Below, piece by piece: positions 26,171-39,500 of a DNA stretch of 64,000 bases (positions are counted from its first letter, which is position 1; each line of letters starts with the position of its first letter). Source of the stretch: Eledone cirrhosa (lineage: Eukaryota); contig OZ024740.1 in the NCBI GenBank assembly GCA_964016885.1, positions 370,512,001 to 370,576,000 of the forward strand, read 5' to 3'. Position numbers and translations under genes: made by a program. The notes below the pieces were generated by a model, which searched no databases, was not told the DNA's origin, and worked only from the letters and a program-made list of their open reading frames with translations.

Positions 26171-26383
26171 ACATTGAGTAACTTTAACAATCATTTTGTT
26201 CGCTGTTTCTCCCTCACACGCCGCCACAGCCATCACTCCTATGTATCCATTATCTCCTCTGTCATTATTTCCACTATGATCGCCGAAAGAAATTTTAATC
26301 TGTTTCTATTCAAAGGTGTATTTGAAAAAATGATTTAGCGATAGAGTGAAATAGAGCAAGCAGATGGCGAGATTTGAAAGCTA

Positions 26384-26437
<54 letters not shown>

Positions 26438-27539
26438 CATATAGAATATATATATATATATACCTGGCATGACTTAATTACTGTAAGTTATTGTTTCGTT
26501 TTATATTTTATTCTACGGACAGGGCTTTGGCTTATGTCAGACGTTCTGACCCCAGGTGGACCATCAGTACCGTCGATAGGGGTCTAAAATGCTAAAATCC
26601 ATCTCAGCGGCTTAGAGATCTGTGTCTTTCGTTTGCTTTTTGTTTGATTTTTTGGTTTCTCTTTAAAAAGATTATTTTTGTTCTGCCTTGTTTTTGTCCG
26701 ATCTCTTCTCTTTGTTACTTTTCCCAATTTGATTAATATTATTCTGTGACGAACACGGTCGTGTTCTTTATCCTCCTACCAATAAGTTTAATTGATTACA
26801 TTTTTTAATTCGACATATTACTTTCTTCTTCTTGCCTTTTTTGAGTAAAATTTTCGAAAATGTTTTAAGAAATTTTGTGATGTCTTTGAAATAATTTCAC
26901 AAAAACCTCTCATGACATTTTGATAAAATTTTGAGTAAAAATTTTAAGAAACATATTATGAAACTTTTTGCTTTAGTTTCCTCTATACTAACGGTTCTCA
27001 ACCCATTTCGGCCCCTTTTGCCCCTCAAAATCACGAAACGCCCCCTACCCTATTTTTCCATTTTTCAATATACTACTGATTTTGATATCACTAGATTGCT
27101 GGGCCAAATCAAGTTATGTTAGAATCTTTAAAAAATACACGTACGAGTTAAATACAAAAAAGTTTCAGTCTAAAACAAAAGCAAGCTATTTCAAATTATA
27201 TATTTTTGAAAAATAGACGTGAATGTTCTCAAAGATTTGATTTCAGTCGAAAAAGGTTTTTTTTAAATTCTATATTTCACTGTTAGCGGTTTGAGTGGAT
27301 AGACAATTCTACAATTCAAACTGTAAAGTCAAAATACAAAAGATGCAAAATATGAAGAATTTCTTACCTTTCTCTGACATCACAAACTCAGGGAAAAAAT
27401 AGTACCTTGCAAAATAAAATACCTCGCAGCAAAATAAAATACTTAGTAGCAACGAATGAATTGAGAAGCTTGGTGACAGTGATAAAGCAATATCTGTATC
27501 CCTTATATATATAAACATAGATAGATACACACACATAAA

Positions 27540-27605
<66 letters not shown>

Positions 27606-27890
27606 TGTGTGTGTGCCTTGGTTTTGGTACAGATAGAATTTTGTCTCCAGGTTTTATTGCCAGGTCAAAGGCCACTGCTCTTTTCAACAACGCCAAATAA
27701 CAACGCTATATATATATATATAGGAACGAGTAGGACCCCGACGGCTGAGCTCAAGCCGTTTCGACGGCTAATTCTGGACTAAATGAAAAGGTTCAGCTAC
27801 CCCTTCCCTCCACAAATTGCCATGATAGAATTATTATGTCTCAACAACAAACTTTTGACCAAACCTTGTGACAATCACTTTTACCATATA

Positions 27891-28006
27891 TGGAATTACC
27901 CCTTGAGAAGCTCGGCTATTCAAATACCAGGATAAAGATTTTCATTTAGTCCAGAATTAGCCGTCGAAACGGCTTGAGCTCAGCCGTCGGAGTCCTACTC
28001 GTTCCA
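27891..28006 (+). ncRNA. Type I hammerhead with U3:A8 variant core (TTGAGAA)
   Basis: TGGAA..ACCCC-TTGAGAA-stem II CGGCTA/TAGCCG-GAAA-CGGC TTGAGCTCA GCCG-TC-GGAGT..TTCCA. A partial inverted copy lies at 27722-27790. Confidence 0.75.
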
Positions 28007-28084
28007 ATTACCCACTGTACTACCCTAAGTATTGAGTACTTTGGTGCGTTATGGTCCACCTGGTTCCTTACCACATTTCCTCCG

Positions 28085-28127
<43 letters not shown>

Positions 28128-28167
28128 TTCAAAATGTTAACAAAATAGATATTCTTGTGATCAAGTA

Positions 28168-28234
28168 TATTTTATTATACATATTTCAGAGGTACTGAGT
28201 TAAGTTCAACAGTACGTCCTCATCAGATAAAATA
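28168..28234 (-). ncRNA. Minimal type I hammerhead ribozyme
   Basis: TATTTTAT-CTGATGA-stem II (GTACTG/CAGTAC)-GAAA-T-ATGT-A-TA-ATAAAATA, with a perfect 8-bp stem I. Confidence 0.85.
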
Positions 28235-28413
28235 ATGCATGACACCCTGACATACTAGATGGTTAAGATTCATTCATGGTAGTCATATATATATATGACT
28301 ACCATGGTAGTTATATATATATGAAGAGAGAAAGAGGGAGGGACAGAGCGAGTAAGAAATATGTGTGTGTGTGTTTTTGGTACACGTCTATCTATCTATC
28401 TATCTATCTCCAA

Positions 28414-28462
28414 CAGGCGGCTCAAACATGCGGCCCGCGAACTACTTTTCTGTGGCCCGTGG
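28414..28462 (+). mobile_element. hAT/Charlie-like terminus fragment
   Basis: CAGGCGGCTCAAACATGCGGCCCGCG...TGTGGCCCG resembles hAT MITE ends. No partner end seen. Confidence 0.4.
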
Positions 28463-29127
28463 TAGAACCTAAATATAGAAAATATATATATATATGTGTG
28501 TGTGTATATATATATATATATATTATACACACGCACACACATATATATAAATATATCCTTTCACACTTACATATAAATGCATGTATATATACATACGTAA
28601 GTGTATATATGTATATATATATATGTATGTATGTCTATGTATATATATACAGTGTATATGTATGTAGATTTATATATATATATAGAGAGAGAGAGAGAGA
28701 TTTATATATATCTATAAATCTACATACATATATATGTATGCATGTAGATATATATATATATATATATGTGTGTGTGTATGTATGTAGATTTATATATATA
28801 TATATGTATGTAGATTTATATATATATATATATATAAATCTACATACATACATATATACATACATACATTTACGTATGTATATAGCTATGCATATATACA
28901 TTTGTATATATACATACAAGTGTGTAAAGATGTTGACATGATTTATGTTTTCGCTTTTTCTTGGGGGGGGGGGGGTAAGCAGAAAATTCTGTCTCCAGAT
29001 TTTATTACCTAGCGAGATTAAATACCACAGCTCTGGCTGAAAGCTGACCAGGTTCTCAACCTAATCAAACACTAACGCAGGCCTGTGTGTGTATATGCGC
29101 GCGCGCGTGTGTGTGTGTGTGTGTGTT

Positions 29128-30143
29128 CTTCTGGTTTTATAATTTCACAAATTTTTTCCCATTAGAGACAGAGTCGGTTTCTAACATAGACACAAGACTC
29201 TCTCATTGGAATTTACACAACATCAACTAGGTAGATTATGTATGCATGCATGCATGTGTAGATATGGATGTGTATGCTTTGAGTTGTATGTGTGCATGTA
29301 TATATGCTTTGTATCTGTACATGTGTATATGCAGTTATTAGATGCAAAACGTTTGGAATGTTTTACATATGTTTACTGTTCCATTAATGGATTGTACTTG
29401 TAATTTCCTAACTAGTCGTGTTCTTTCTGTTCCTGTGAAGCCTAGCTTCTCAAGATTTATATTGAGGCAGTTACTAACATACCCCAGTGCCCCAATAATC
29501 ACAGCCATAAATCTGAAGGTGTAATCAGGGCGGAGTATCTGCAGATTCCTCATCAGTTCTGCATAAATATTCTCCTTTTCACTAATCTTTGATATATTGG
29601 CATCTGCTGGGCAGCTAATTTCCACTACTGTGCATGCTTTCTTCTCCCTGTCACATAATATCTGGTCTGTTATGCCTGCATTTTATTGGGGTTTTTACTG
29701 GAACATTCCACCAGGACTCTTTCATATTACGTACATAGATGTCTTCCACATTGCTGTAGCTTTTAATGTGTTTATTATTGGAGCTATATTTTTTACGAAC
29801 TGCATTGTATAGTGTTTTAGCCACTACATCATGCCTCATAGGCAGATAGTACCGCGATGACATCTTTGGACAGCTGCTGATGACATGGGTGATATCCTCG
29901 ATGTTAGTTCTGCAAAGTCTGCACTTATTATCACATATAGGTGTTTTGCCTGCATCCTTATCTCTTTTGTGAATCAGGTATTTCGTGTTAATCTCCTGTT
30001 CTTGGATTGCAAAAAGCGTATCCTTCAAAGTGGGAGCCAATATAGCGGTTGTTGGTCCAAGATAGACTACTTTCCTTATCTATATTATTCTCACTCTGGA
30101 GCTTCCTGGCAACATATCCATGCATGATTTTTTGCTGATAAGC
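29128..30143 (-). mobile_element. R4/Dong-clade retrotransposon 3' fragment (zinc knuckle plus restriction-like endonuclease)
   Basis: AIQEQEI, CRLC-x4-E-x3-H-x4-C, RHD, HNRPDI, VEISCPAD, IIGALG, with frameshifts. Flanked by (TACA)n and (CA)n. Confidence 0.85.
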
Positions 30144-30587
30144 ATGTATGTATGTATGTATGTATGTATGTATGTATGTATGTATGTATGTATGTATGTA
30201 TGTATGTATGTATGTATGTATGTATGTATGTACGTATGCATGTGTGTGTATGTTGATGTAATTTCTGTTGAAGTTGTTCTCGTAACTGTTGTCAAAGTTG
30301 ACGTTCCTATGTCCATTTTCTTTGATTTCTTTTGTTTTTCTTTTATCTCACTAGGGAATTAGTTGACAAGCTTCTTTTATTTATTTTCTTCGTTTTCGTC
30401 ATTCAAATGCATTCACACTGGCTGTCTAAGAGACGTACAAATATTACTTATAAAACTTACCAAACTAAAGGGGCTTCCAGCGCCCCTCTAACGCCGCCCA
30501 GCTTCAAACGCCTCCCTAAAGGCCCCCTTGCTCTAAAACGCACCCTGGTGCTCCGAAACGCCCCCGTTGAGAACCTTTGCTCTATAC

Positions 30588-31390
30588 CATACCTATCCTC
30601 CTTATGATTATATGTAATTTTGTCCCTATGTTCTGCCCTAGCTAATTCTTTATTGTAATAATCTGCATTTCCTCCGAAGATCCTTCTAATTGCAGATATA
30701 CTAGAGATTCTATTGGTGATACTCTTAACTATGGCCTTAGCTATTGATCTATGGTGATTAGACGTAGCATTAACATATGTCAGGCTTGAGTTAAGCTTAT
30801 GGTAGGAGTAGTATAGACCTGTTGATAGGTTTAAGTTGGTGTCTAAACAAATTAACTATTTTTCTGTTGGAGACAATTTCTAATGTGCCTCAACTTCCTC
30901 TTCCTTCCCTCAATCATGCCGCTGCTAGGATTAGTGAGAGTGAAAAGGGTATCATCACGATATGTTTCCTTGCATATCTTGGGAATCTCATTTAAGTTCT
31001 TTAAGGATAAATAAACCAACCAAATCCGTTTCTTAGCAGAGTCACTGAACCCATAGTCATATCAAAGATGTTCAGCCTATCCTTTCTGTTAAACGATTCC
31101 GCAAAACGAATTAGGATATTTCTAGCGGCGTGAAGTATCTCAATTTCATCACTGGTTAGACTACTATGACCTCTTAGTGTATATAAGAGTCTTATTTTAG
31201 TTCAATTTTTATTCTGTAAGTGTGTAAACCATTCTATTATATCCCTAGTTCCTGACTGACCACAGTTGCAATTGCATCCTATTTCTCAGTTTGGGTAGAA
31301 TACTATCTAGAATATTTTTGCTAATAATTCCAATGTCAGAGTTAGTGGGATGCTATTAATCTAACCGGACAAATAAGAAAACTTTGTGAT
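30588..31390 (-). mobile_element. Decayed Penelope-like RT fragment
   Basis: Minus strand reads FDMTMGS and a frameshifted (Y)RDD-TLF, which are PLE RT motifs. Many stops. Confidence 0.65.
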
Positions 31391-31560
31391 ACTTAATTGA
31401 AGTCAAGTATCGTTGCACAAATTTAAAATTCAACCTTGTGAGATCATAACAATAAGTACGAAACAAAACACTGGGTCGATGTAATTGACAAAATCCCTTG
31501 AAAGCCGTGTTCCAGCTTGGCTACAGTTCAAATACTAAAACCAGTAAAGGAATAATAAAT
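31390..31560 (+). mobile_element. SINE with an alternative tail (TCCAGC-TGGC-CAGT...AAACCAGTAAA)
   Basis: GGGTCGATGTAATTGAC core followed by a different 3' tail. Confidence 0.5.
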
Positions 31561-31851
31561 TATCCCATTAAATCACCTTTCTTACTGGATAACAGATGGC
31601 CATAAATATGATGATTTGAAATATTTATGTATCCTTTTTAATAAATGACCGCGCGGAGATGGTCATCCGATTAATGAACGTTTTCTCAGTGTTACATGAC
31701 TGGCTGAACATTCTACTATATTACTAAGGATATGTTGTTTCAATGCGATTATAATTTTTCAGAGCCATAAATTTCGTCGTTTACAATATATATTTGTGAT
31801 ATTTATAATTATATATAAAAATAAATGTAATGTATAAACGACAAGCGTGTA

Positions 31852-31855
<4 letters not shown>

Positions 31856-31914
<59 letters not shown>

Positions 31915-31941
31915 ATATATATATTATATATATATATATAT

Positions 31942-31973
<32 letters not shown>

Positions 31974-31983
31974 ATAATATATA

Positions 31984-32028
<45 letters not shown>

Positions 32029-32148
32029 ATTATATATATAGTTACGATATATATATATATAATATATATTATATATATATATATAATATATATATATATA
32101 TATTATATATATATTATATATATATATATATTATATATATATATATAT

Positions 32149-32180
<32 letters not shown>

Positions 32181-32211
32181 ATATATTATATATATATATT
32201 ATATATATATT

Positions 32212-32299
<88 letters not shown>
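31856..32299. repeat. Interrupted (TA)n tract of about 440 bp
   Basis: Direct reading. It contains AGTTACGATAT (32040) and its reverse complement (about 32296). Confidence 0.95.
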
Positions 32300-32301
<2 letters not shown>

Positions 32302-32469
32302 TAACTATATACTCTAGAGATGTCGTTAATTGTCTGGACAATTATAATCTTAATAACAATGCACCATCTCAGACATCTTGACATTTAATGTGGTGGCAGT
32401 GTTTCAAATGGTATGCTAATAATATTTCTAACTCGTAGCTGCAAAAGTAATTTAAGATTTATGGCTAAA

Positions 32470-32870
32470 TATCCACGCTATCTTCAGCGACAAACTAATG
32501 CACTTGGTTACCGACAGACCTAGGTTTCGCTGCCCGACAAGCTGAAGATCACCGACTGTTGTATAGCACGCTTGCCGATAGGTTTGTCGATGAGTCTTTA
32601 GCGGTGGAAAGTTCTGGCATTCTTGGTCACAATTCCATCTTCCTACTTAATGTTATCAGAGCTGAGTTGGACACTCGCTGCTGTGAGCCTCGCGACTTGG
32701 AGTGGCTATTTCGACGCATCTTATCGCTATCCTCCTGAATAACCCATTCTCCATTATGTTCGCTAGGGCCTCGAAGCGACTTGTGCCTTGGGTTCTGCAC
32801 GCCAGAAAGTGTTCTTACACACTGGCCAACTTTGTATCATTGGGTAGCGATGATTGAATATTCTTTCTTT
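32470..32870 (+). mobile_element. CRE-like retrotransposon 3' fragment
   Basis: Reads AARQAED...YSTLADRF..SLAVESSGILG...EPRDLEWLFRRI. Confidence 0.65.
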
Positions 32871-35305
32871 TTGTTTTGTGGATTGTTTTCAAATTCCAGA
32901 CTTTAGAAATATGTTAGCAATAAGAGTCATGACTTCATACATATAGGAATCTATACTGAACTCAGTAATACATATTAGTTATGCAGTGTTCCCATTTTTT
33001 GTGGCATTAATCAATATTTCCATAAAATACCTATTTACATTTTCATTGAAAGAAATACGTTAATGTTTGTGTTGTACAGCAACCTTTAAAAGTGCTATAT
33101 ATCGTCCTTCTTATAGAAGCTCTATGATGAGTTTATAGAAACAGCAAAAGGCTGTATTAAATCTTGCAAGTATTGTGTTTTCCTTTGTGGTGGATAAAAT
33201 AAGTACTAGTATTTTTGCGGCATCGATTCCGACGATTCCCACTCATCTAAGCAATTAGTCTTATGTCTTGTCAATAGAAAAATGAATAGTTATAGAAGCT
33301 ATTTTGTCTTCAACCACGAATCATATTTATTTCACAGAGGTTCTTGCAACAGATATTCAGAATATCAACTATCTACAATTTCGTTGGTTCTTTGAACAAC
33401 AAATATCTTATTGTAGAAAGTTTCTTTAGTTCGGATGAATCTGTCTTATTTACATGACAATGTGTGTCTCTGTATCTGTATCTATGTTACGTAATTATAC
33501 GTATATATCAATACACCTCTGCCTCATTACTTTAATTTAATGTGTCTGTGTATGTGTTGTGTGTGTAAGTGTGCACTGCATGTGTATGTATTGTGTGTGT
33601 GTGTGCTGCGAGTGTATGTGCGTGTATGCTATGTGTTGGTATGTGGAAATAAATCTAATTATTAAAAACTAGTTCAGCAATCTATGTATCTGTATGTACA
33701 TACATATTTTGCTTACCATTGAATATACGTTAGTAAGCCGGATGTTGGTAATGCAGACTCTTAACGTTTAAGTCAATATTGCAACAATAGAATAGATGTT
33801 GTATTGTCATTTATATCTGTGATCCGTTCTGTTATACAAACTTTTAAAAGGTAATCACCTCTTAATAGCATATTATCTTAAAGGACACTTTTCTTCACTC
33901 ATGTTCAGCTATGATCATTTAATTGCTCCTCAAAGTTCAAAGATTTACATTTGTGGTAGCTAAATGTATGGTAGCAGACTTAATGCGCTCCCATTTTATT
34001 ACATTTAGATATTGCAATGAGTTGTACCAAACAAATCTTAATCTATAGACTTGAAGAATACGAACGCTAAACTACTAAAATCTGACTTTATCGAAATTGA
34101 GGTCAGCAAGCCTCTCAGAGTGATGAAGCAATCACAAGAAAATAAAATGAATAAACATTCTTGGAAATAACTTGTCGCTATAACTTGACATATTCCATTT
34201 ACAAGATAAATCTATTTGTGATATAGTATCGATTAGATACACCTGACAAAATATAACGCTGATTAGAGTTATTTTTAAAATGACTTTGCTTTAGCTTTAA
34301 TCTATTTCTTCTTGATCATTCTTCCGGTTGCTGGTAGAGATAAAATTGATTGTTTCAAAAGTCAAACTATCTGACCGCTACGATATTAACTATACATTGA
34401 TTTTTTTTTCTCTGTTTTGCACATATATTCATTTAATTATTTTAATTTATTATCTATCATACGTTCCATCAGACTTGGTATGATTATTTGAAACAATCAT
34501 TGTAAGAATCCATATACCTAGAAACAAAAACAACAAGTGCATATATATTTTTTCTTGATGTTAAACAAATTTGGTTTATTACATAAAATAAAATAATCGC
34601 AGATGACCGAATCAATATGATTGTTGATTATTAGCCGAAACAGTTCGGCAGTTCGTATCCTATAACCAATGATATAGTATGCCTACGTCCCTTTAAAACA
34701 AATTTACTGAAAATATCTTTAAGTCTATAATGTGAATCATAGCAGAAAATACTTTATCTTCAAATCGAGAATATGCTATACATGACCATTATTCCACACT
34801 TCTGTTGAAAGATTATTACAGTTTGAGATATTAACATATATTTCTTCCCAGACCCCCAAATTCTGGTGAGGTTAAAAGCAATTGGCTTTCCACGCGATAT
34901 TAACTATTTTTTTCTTTTTTCTTCTGTGATTAATTTTGATATATAATGAAAACTTCATAACAGCAAAATATTCTTTCTTTACTCAAGCCATACATACTTG
35001 CTCCAAAATAGGTTTTAGGGACTCGTGTTGGTAGTAAAGATTATATTCAAATCCAGGGCAAGAAGATATTAGAACAGTACACCAGATGATAGCTGGAGTT
35101 TGTGATGATCAAGAAAGAATGATGAGGTTAATCGATCAGTAAATCTAAATTACTGGTAAATAAACATAAGAAGCAAGAAGCATATTAGAATCCAAACCGC
35201 TGTTGAAATCTAATTTATTTAATTATTGACCATTATGTTTAATTATTGACGTCATCACCTACACATATACATAACCACTGGGACTTAAACACTCCTAATC
35301 GAAAG

Positions 35306-35350
<45 letters not shown>

Positions 35351-36269
35351 CTCACGTTCAAATATGCACACATACAGGTGTACAAGTACATTTCACATGC
35401 CAACCCACACATAGATACATACGCACGCGCACACATACTCATTGCCTTAAGCAGACACACACATACAAGGAAAAACCCACACATAGACAGATGCACTGAT
35501 AATACAATTCAGACACACACATAGACGTAGTGTTTGCAACACACCAAGATACACATAAATGTACACACAAATGAACACACACGAAAAACACTCACACAAT
35601 ATAACTGACGAACACACATACACCCACTTTAACAAGTATACTTCAAGGATACACGTGCGCACACGCACGCACGCACGCAAACAAAAAATAAAACAATATA
35701 CACACCTGGCATACTGACGAACTTGCACATGCGCACACCGACATTATGACAAGCTCACACACACCTAACCTCTCTGTGGCCCTTTATCACCTAGAATTCT
35801 TAGGGTCCTTCAGGTTCATCTATTATACACAGCCCTATTACACTCACAATTTCCCAATTTAAAGCACACCTACACTCCCAACGTCGTTATACTGTACACA
35901 TAAACAAACAAACATACACACCTGATGCACGCACATACACACACACACACACACAGTTAGATCGACACACACACAGGTACAAACTGATACATACCTTGAA
36001 CAGATGGACACAGACACACATGATGCGGTGCAACAGCTCACATACATCAGCACCACTGATAGACCCGGACGCTCTGCAACCACCACAGCATACACGTTCT
36101 CATACAGTTATAGATCCCTACACTTTCAACCTACCTAAATGTTTCTAACCTCTTCTTTTCACTAACTTTCTTCCCTCTCTCGTCACTTTTCATTCAAGCG
36201 TAAACCTAATAATATTTTTGTAATTATTCTTTTTGTTTTCATTGTTTTTCCTTGTTGATTTTGCACTGA

Positions 36270-36435
36270 CACACACAAACACATATATACTTATATATAC
36301 ACACAAACATATATATACTTATTTACCTGCATAACATAAACACATATATACTTATATACACACACAAACACATATATACTTATATATACACACAAACACA
36401 TATATACTTATATATACACACAAACACATATATAC
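36270..36435. repeat. Minisatellite with a unit of about 28 bp (ACACACAAACACATATATACTTATATAT)
   Basis: About 5 copies visible. Confidence 0.85.
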
Positions 36436-36779
36436 AAATGCAAGACTGAGAGAAAAAAAATTGGAATTGATATCAGCTTGTTTCTATTTTGACACTATCT
36501 GGTCATTTTCTTCAAATGTGTAATATAAGAAAAATGTATATTAATTGTTATGTGCTTCTCAAGTATGAAAGTAATCAGCTTTAAGCTATCGATGTTTAAT
36601 CTATTACAAGAAGCGGTACAATTTCGTTTTGCGCATAATCTCTGCAGAAGTAAATACGTAATCGTTGTTGATTAAAATACATCATCTTAATATTATACAA
36701 GCTACAATCAAATTGCTTGTTTATTAAAAGCAATACGCATGCCTAGTGTATAATTAATCCACATAAAGTTCAGTACAGT

Positions 36780-37135
36780 ACTCATACCGATGACGGTATG
36801 AATCTTTGAAGAACCCTGCAATTTATTTATCTCAACATCTGCTGCATTAAGATGCATGGCCAGGAATGAAAACTTCATTTTGATGATATACTCCTTGAGA
36901 AATTCTCCCGTCTCTCGAGAATATCCTTCCTTGCACAAATTATAGTCCTAGGGATAATTAAAGGTAACACTACAAAATTAGTCAAGTATTTGTCAACTTC
37001 CCAATGCCATCAACATTTGTCATCCCACATTAACATATCTATTTACGCATAAGTAGACAGAAATGTCTTAGTCATACGCATGCACTAAGAATTGTTCGTG
37101 ATGAATTCTTCCAGTGATAACTGATACCACATAGA
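36780..37135 (-). pseudogene. Possible decayed DNA transposase segment (or an isolated exon 36788-36947)
   Basis: Frameshifted ..DGIG.. followed by KFSFL...QGSSKIHTV recalls the HGKGxxDGxG...GTxKxHxV transposase pattern. AG/GT sites also bound 36788-36947. Confidence 0.3.
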
Positions 37136-37163
37136 TTGAGGCCTTTGTAACTCCGCATTATTT

Positions 37164-37464
37164 AATAATTGTTTCTACTTTTGGCACAAGGCTATCAATT
37201 AACCAGTACATTACTGGTACTTTATTTTATCGACCCCGTAAGGATGAAAGACAAGGTTAACCTCGTTATTATGGCGGTGGATTGGCAGTATCGGTAGAGG
37301 GTCGGTCGCCATGCTTTGACGCATAGATTTACGGCCCTTGCTATTCTGAGTTCAAATCCCGCCGAGGTTAACTTTGCCTTTCATCCTTATGGGGTCGATA
37401 AAATAAAGTACCAGTAATGCACTGAGTAATTGCTGACCTTGTGCCAAAAGTAGAAACAATTATT
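37164..37464. mobile_element. Head-to-head SINE pair: 3' half (-) 37164-37264 and full copy (+) 37272-37464
   Basis: Same family as 5136, in opposite orientations and almost abutting. Confidence 0.9.
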
Positions 37465-38074
37465 TAATAAGATGCTTCAAGGCCAATATGTATAAAGGAG
37501 GGAAATGTTATGAAAGGAACAGGTGAGTCTTCATAGTTATTATGATTGTTCAGCAAACTAACAAGATCCTTTTTTACTATAGTATCAATGAAACATAGGC
37601 TTATAAACACTAAACGGGGAAACTCGGGATGTTTTCTAATTCGATAGCTGCATGAAAAATTTCATTTTGATATTAGCTTTCCGTTATTGCTTTAAACAAA
37701 AGATTTGTTATGTCCGTAAGAAATTAAGACATTTTATTGGCCTCAGATCAATGACATTTCGGGAACATTAAATCATTAAGTCAATTTCATCCCGTGAGAT
37801 TCGGCACGAGCTATTGCGTTTCTTGCACTTGAAATCCCCGAAAGTAAAACGTCCAAGAAATTATATGACCAATAGAAGCTTCCTAGGAGAAACCTTTGAC
37901 GGTTGAACATTGATTAAACAACGTTGACATGTAATATTAAACAAACGTTAGCGATTATGTGACAATTGTTTTATTGCCTATTTAAGGCTCTTCTAGATGA
38001 CATAGTTTATAACAGAACTATTACCTGTAGCTTTGACCCAATAATCATATCTATATCGTTGAAACATATAATGA

Positions 38075-38790
38075 TTTTTTTATTTAGAGACATGGCCTGC
38101 AATTTAGGTGATGGTCGATTATATCGATCCCCGTACGTGAGATGTACTATATTTTATCGAGCTTGGAAGGGGGAAAAGCGAGGTTGACCTCAGCAAAATC
38201 TGAACTTAGAACGAAAAGAGACAGCACAAATACTGCTAAGCATTTGTCCGATGTTCTGATGATTCTGCTCCCTTCTAACATATTTTTCTTAGTTGTTCAT
38301 ATTAATCACCAATATATAATAATAATAGCTTAAATAGTTTATTGGAAAAATGATTTACACGTGAAGATATTATCACTAATGATTTTAATCGTACAATGTT
38401 GTGATGCGCATCGGTTCATCCAAGCGCGCTATCTTTTAACATTCTGAATTCAAACCCCACCGAGGTCAACGTGGCCTTTCATCTTTCAGGGGTCGATAAA
38501 ATAAAGTACTACGCAAGTACTGAGGTTGATTTAATAATCTTTGTCATCATTTGCTCAAACTTGCTGGCCATGTGCCTAAATTAGAAACCAATAATAACCA
38601 GATTAGCCGATACTGAGAGGGGGAAGAAAGAAAGAAAGAAATCGATCCCAGTATTTGATTAGTACTTTATTTTATTGGGCCCAGAAAAATGAAAAGCAAA
38701 CTTGAAAACAATGGGATTTCAACTCAAAATCCAATCTGCCAGAGCAAATGCCTCAATACATTTTGTCCATCGCTCTGATGGGTTTTTTCA
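38075..38790. mobile_element. Three older SINEs (-, +, -)
   Basis: Deu/Nin-like cores at about 38150, 38490 and 38670. Confidence 0.7.
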
Positions 38791-39184
38791 GTCGATCATC
38801 TTTATACGTATTAACTGCCAGCTATTTGGGGCGATGCATTGTAGAATCAGTAGTCTCACAAAACGTATTGTATGATTTAGTTTCATTTCGTGTTGAAATT
38901 CCTTCTCTTTACATTCCAAAGGTAAACCATTTTTGCCAATGCTGGAAAGGTTTACTTATCTTTATTCCTCACAATTCATCTTCATTTAAGTCATCGTTAG
39001 TCAAATACTATCACTTTTATTTGGAATTATAAACACCAACACACTGACATGTAAATTCACCTCAGCTTGTTCAAACATCCTTGAAAAAGATTGCTTGAGG
39101 GATTCAAATAACCTTTCGTTTATGTTTATGCATATAAACTATTTTCTACGTATAACGATATTATATCTACGTACGTATGTATGC

Positions 39185-39500
39185 ATGTCCTGGCGGACAA
39201 TAGAGAACGCGTTTCCCCGAAGTATGGTATGGGAGACGCGATAGAAGAGCCATTTCAGCTCGCGATGCTCACTCCTGTGTGTAGCCAACTCCGTGTTGAT
39301 GGTGGTAAGTAAGGAGATGGTCCTAGAGCTAAGGACATCAAAAGTCTCAACTGCTACGGGCTCGCCCGCAAACCTGTCAGAGAGCGAGCGATATTTGGAG
39401 AGTTTACCCTCCTCGGCTCGAAGTGCAAGCAGAGCCTGGATTTGTCACAGATTGCACCAGGTTGCCGCTAGATAAAGTGTCGCTGCATATGGCATAGTTA
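39185..39500 (-). mobile_element. CRE-like retrotransposon 3' fragment (best preserved)
   Basis: Reads CSDTLSSGNL...AEEGKLSKYRSLSDRF..EPVAVETF...SEHRELKWLFYRVSHTILRGNAFSI. Confidence 0.7.

Larger units (their letters stand above)
26989..30579. mobile_element. hAT-type non-autonomous DNA transposon expanded by nested insertions
   Basis: TIRs TAACGGTTCTCAAC (26989-27002) and GTTGAGAACCTTTG (30566-30579), exact 8-bp TSD CTCTATAC (26981-26988 and 30580-30587), subterminal CGAAACGCCCCC motifs. Confidence 0.8.

Noticed and set aside
37780-37960. Promoter-like patch (CCAAT, slightly CpG-richer)
   Set aside because: Short motifs expected by chance, with no linked first exon.
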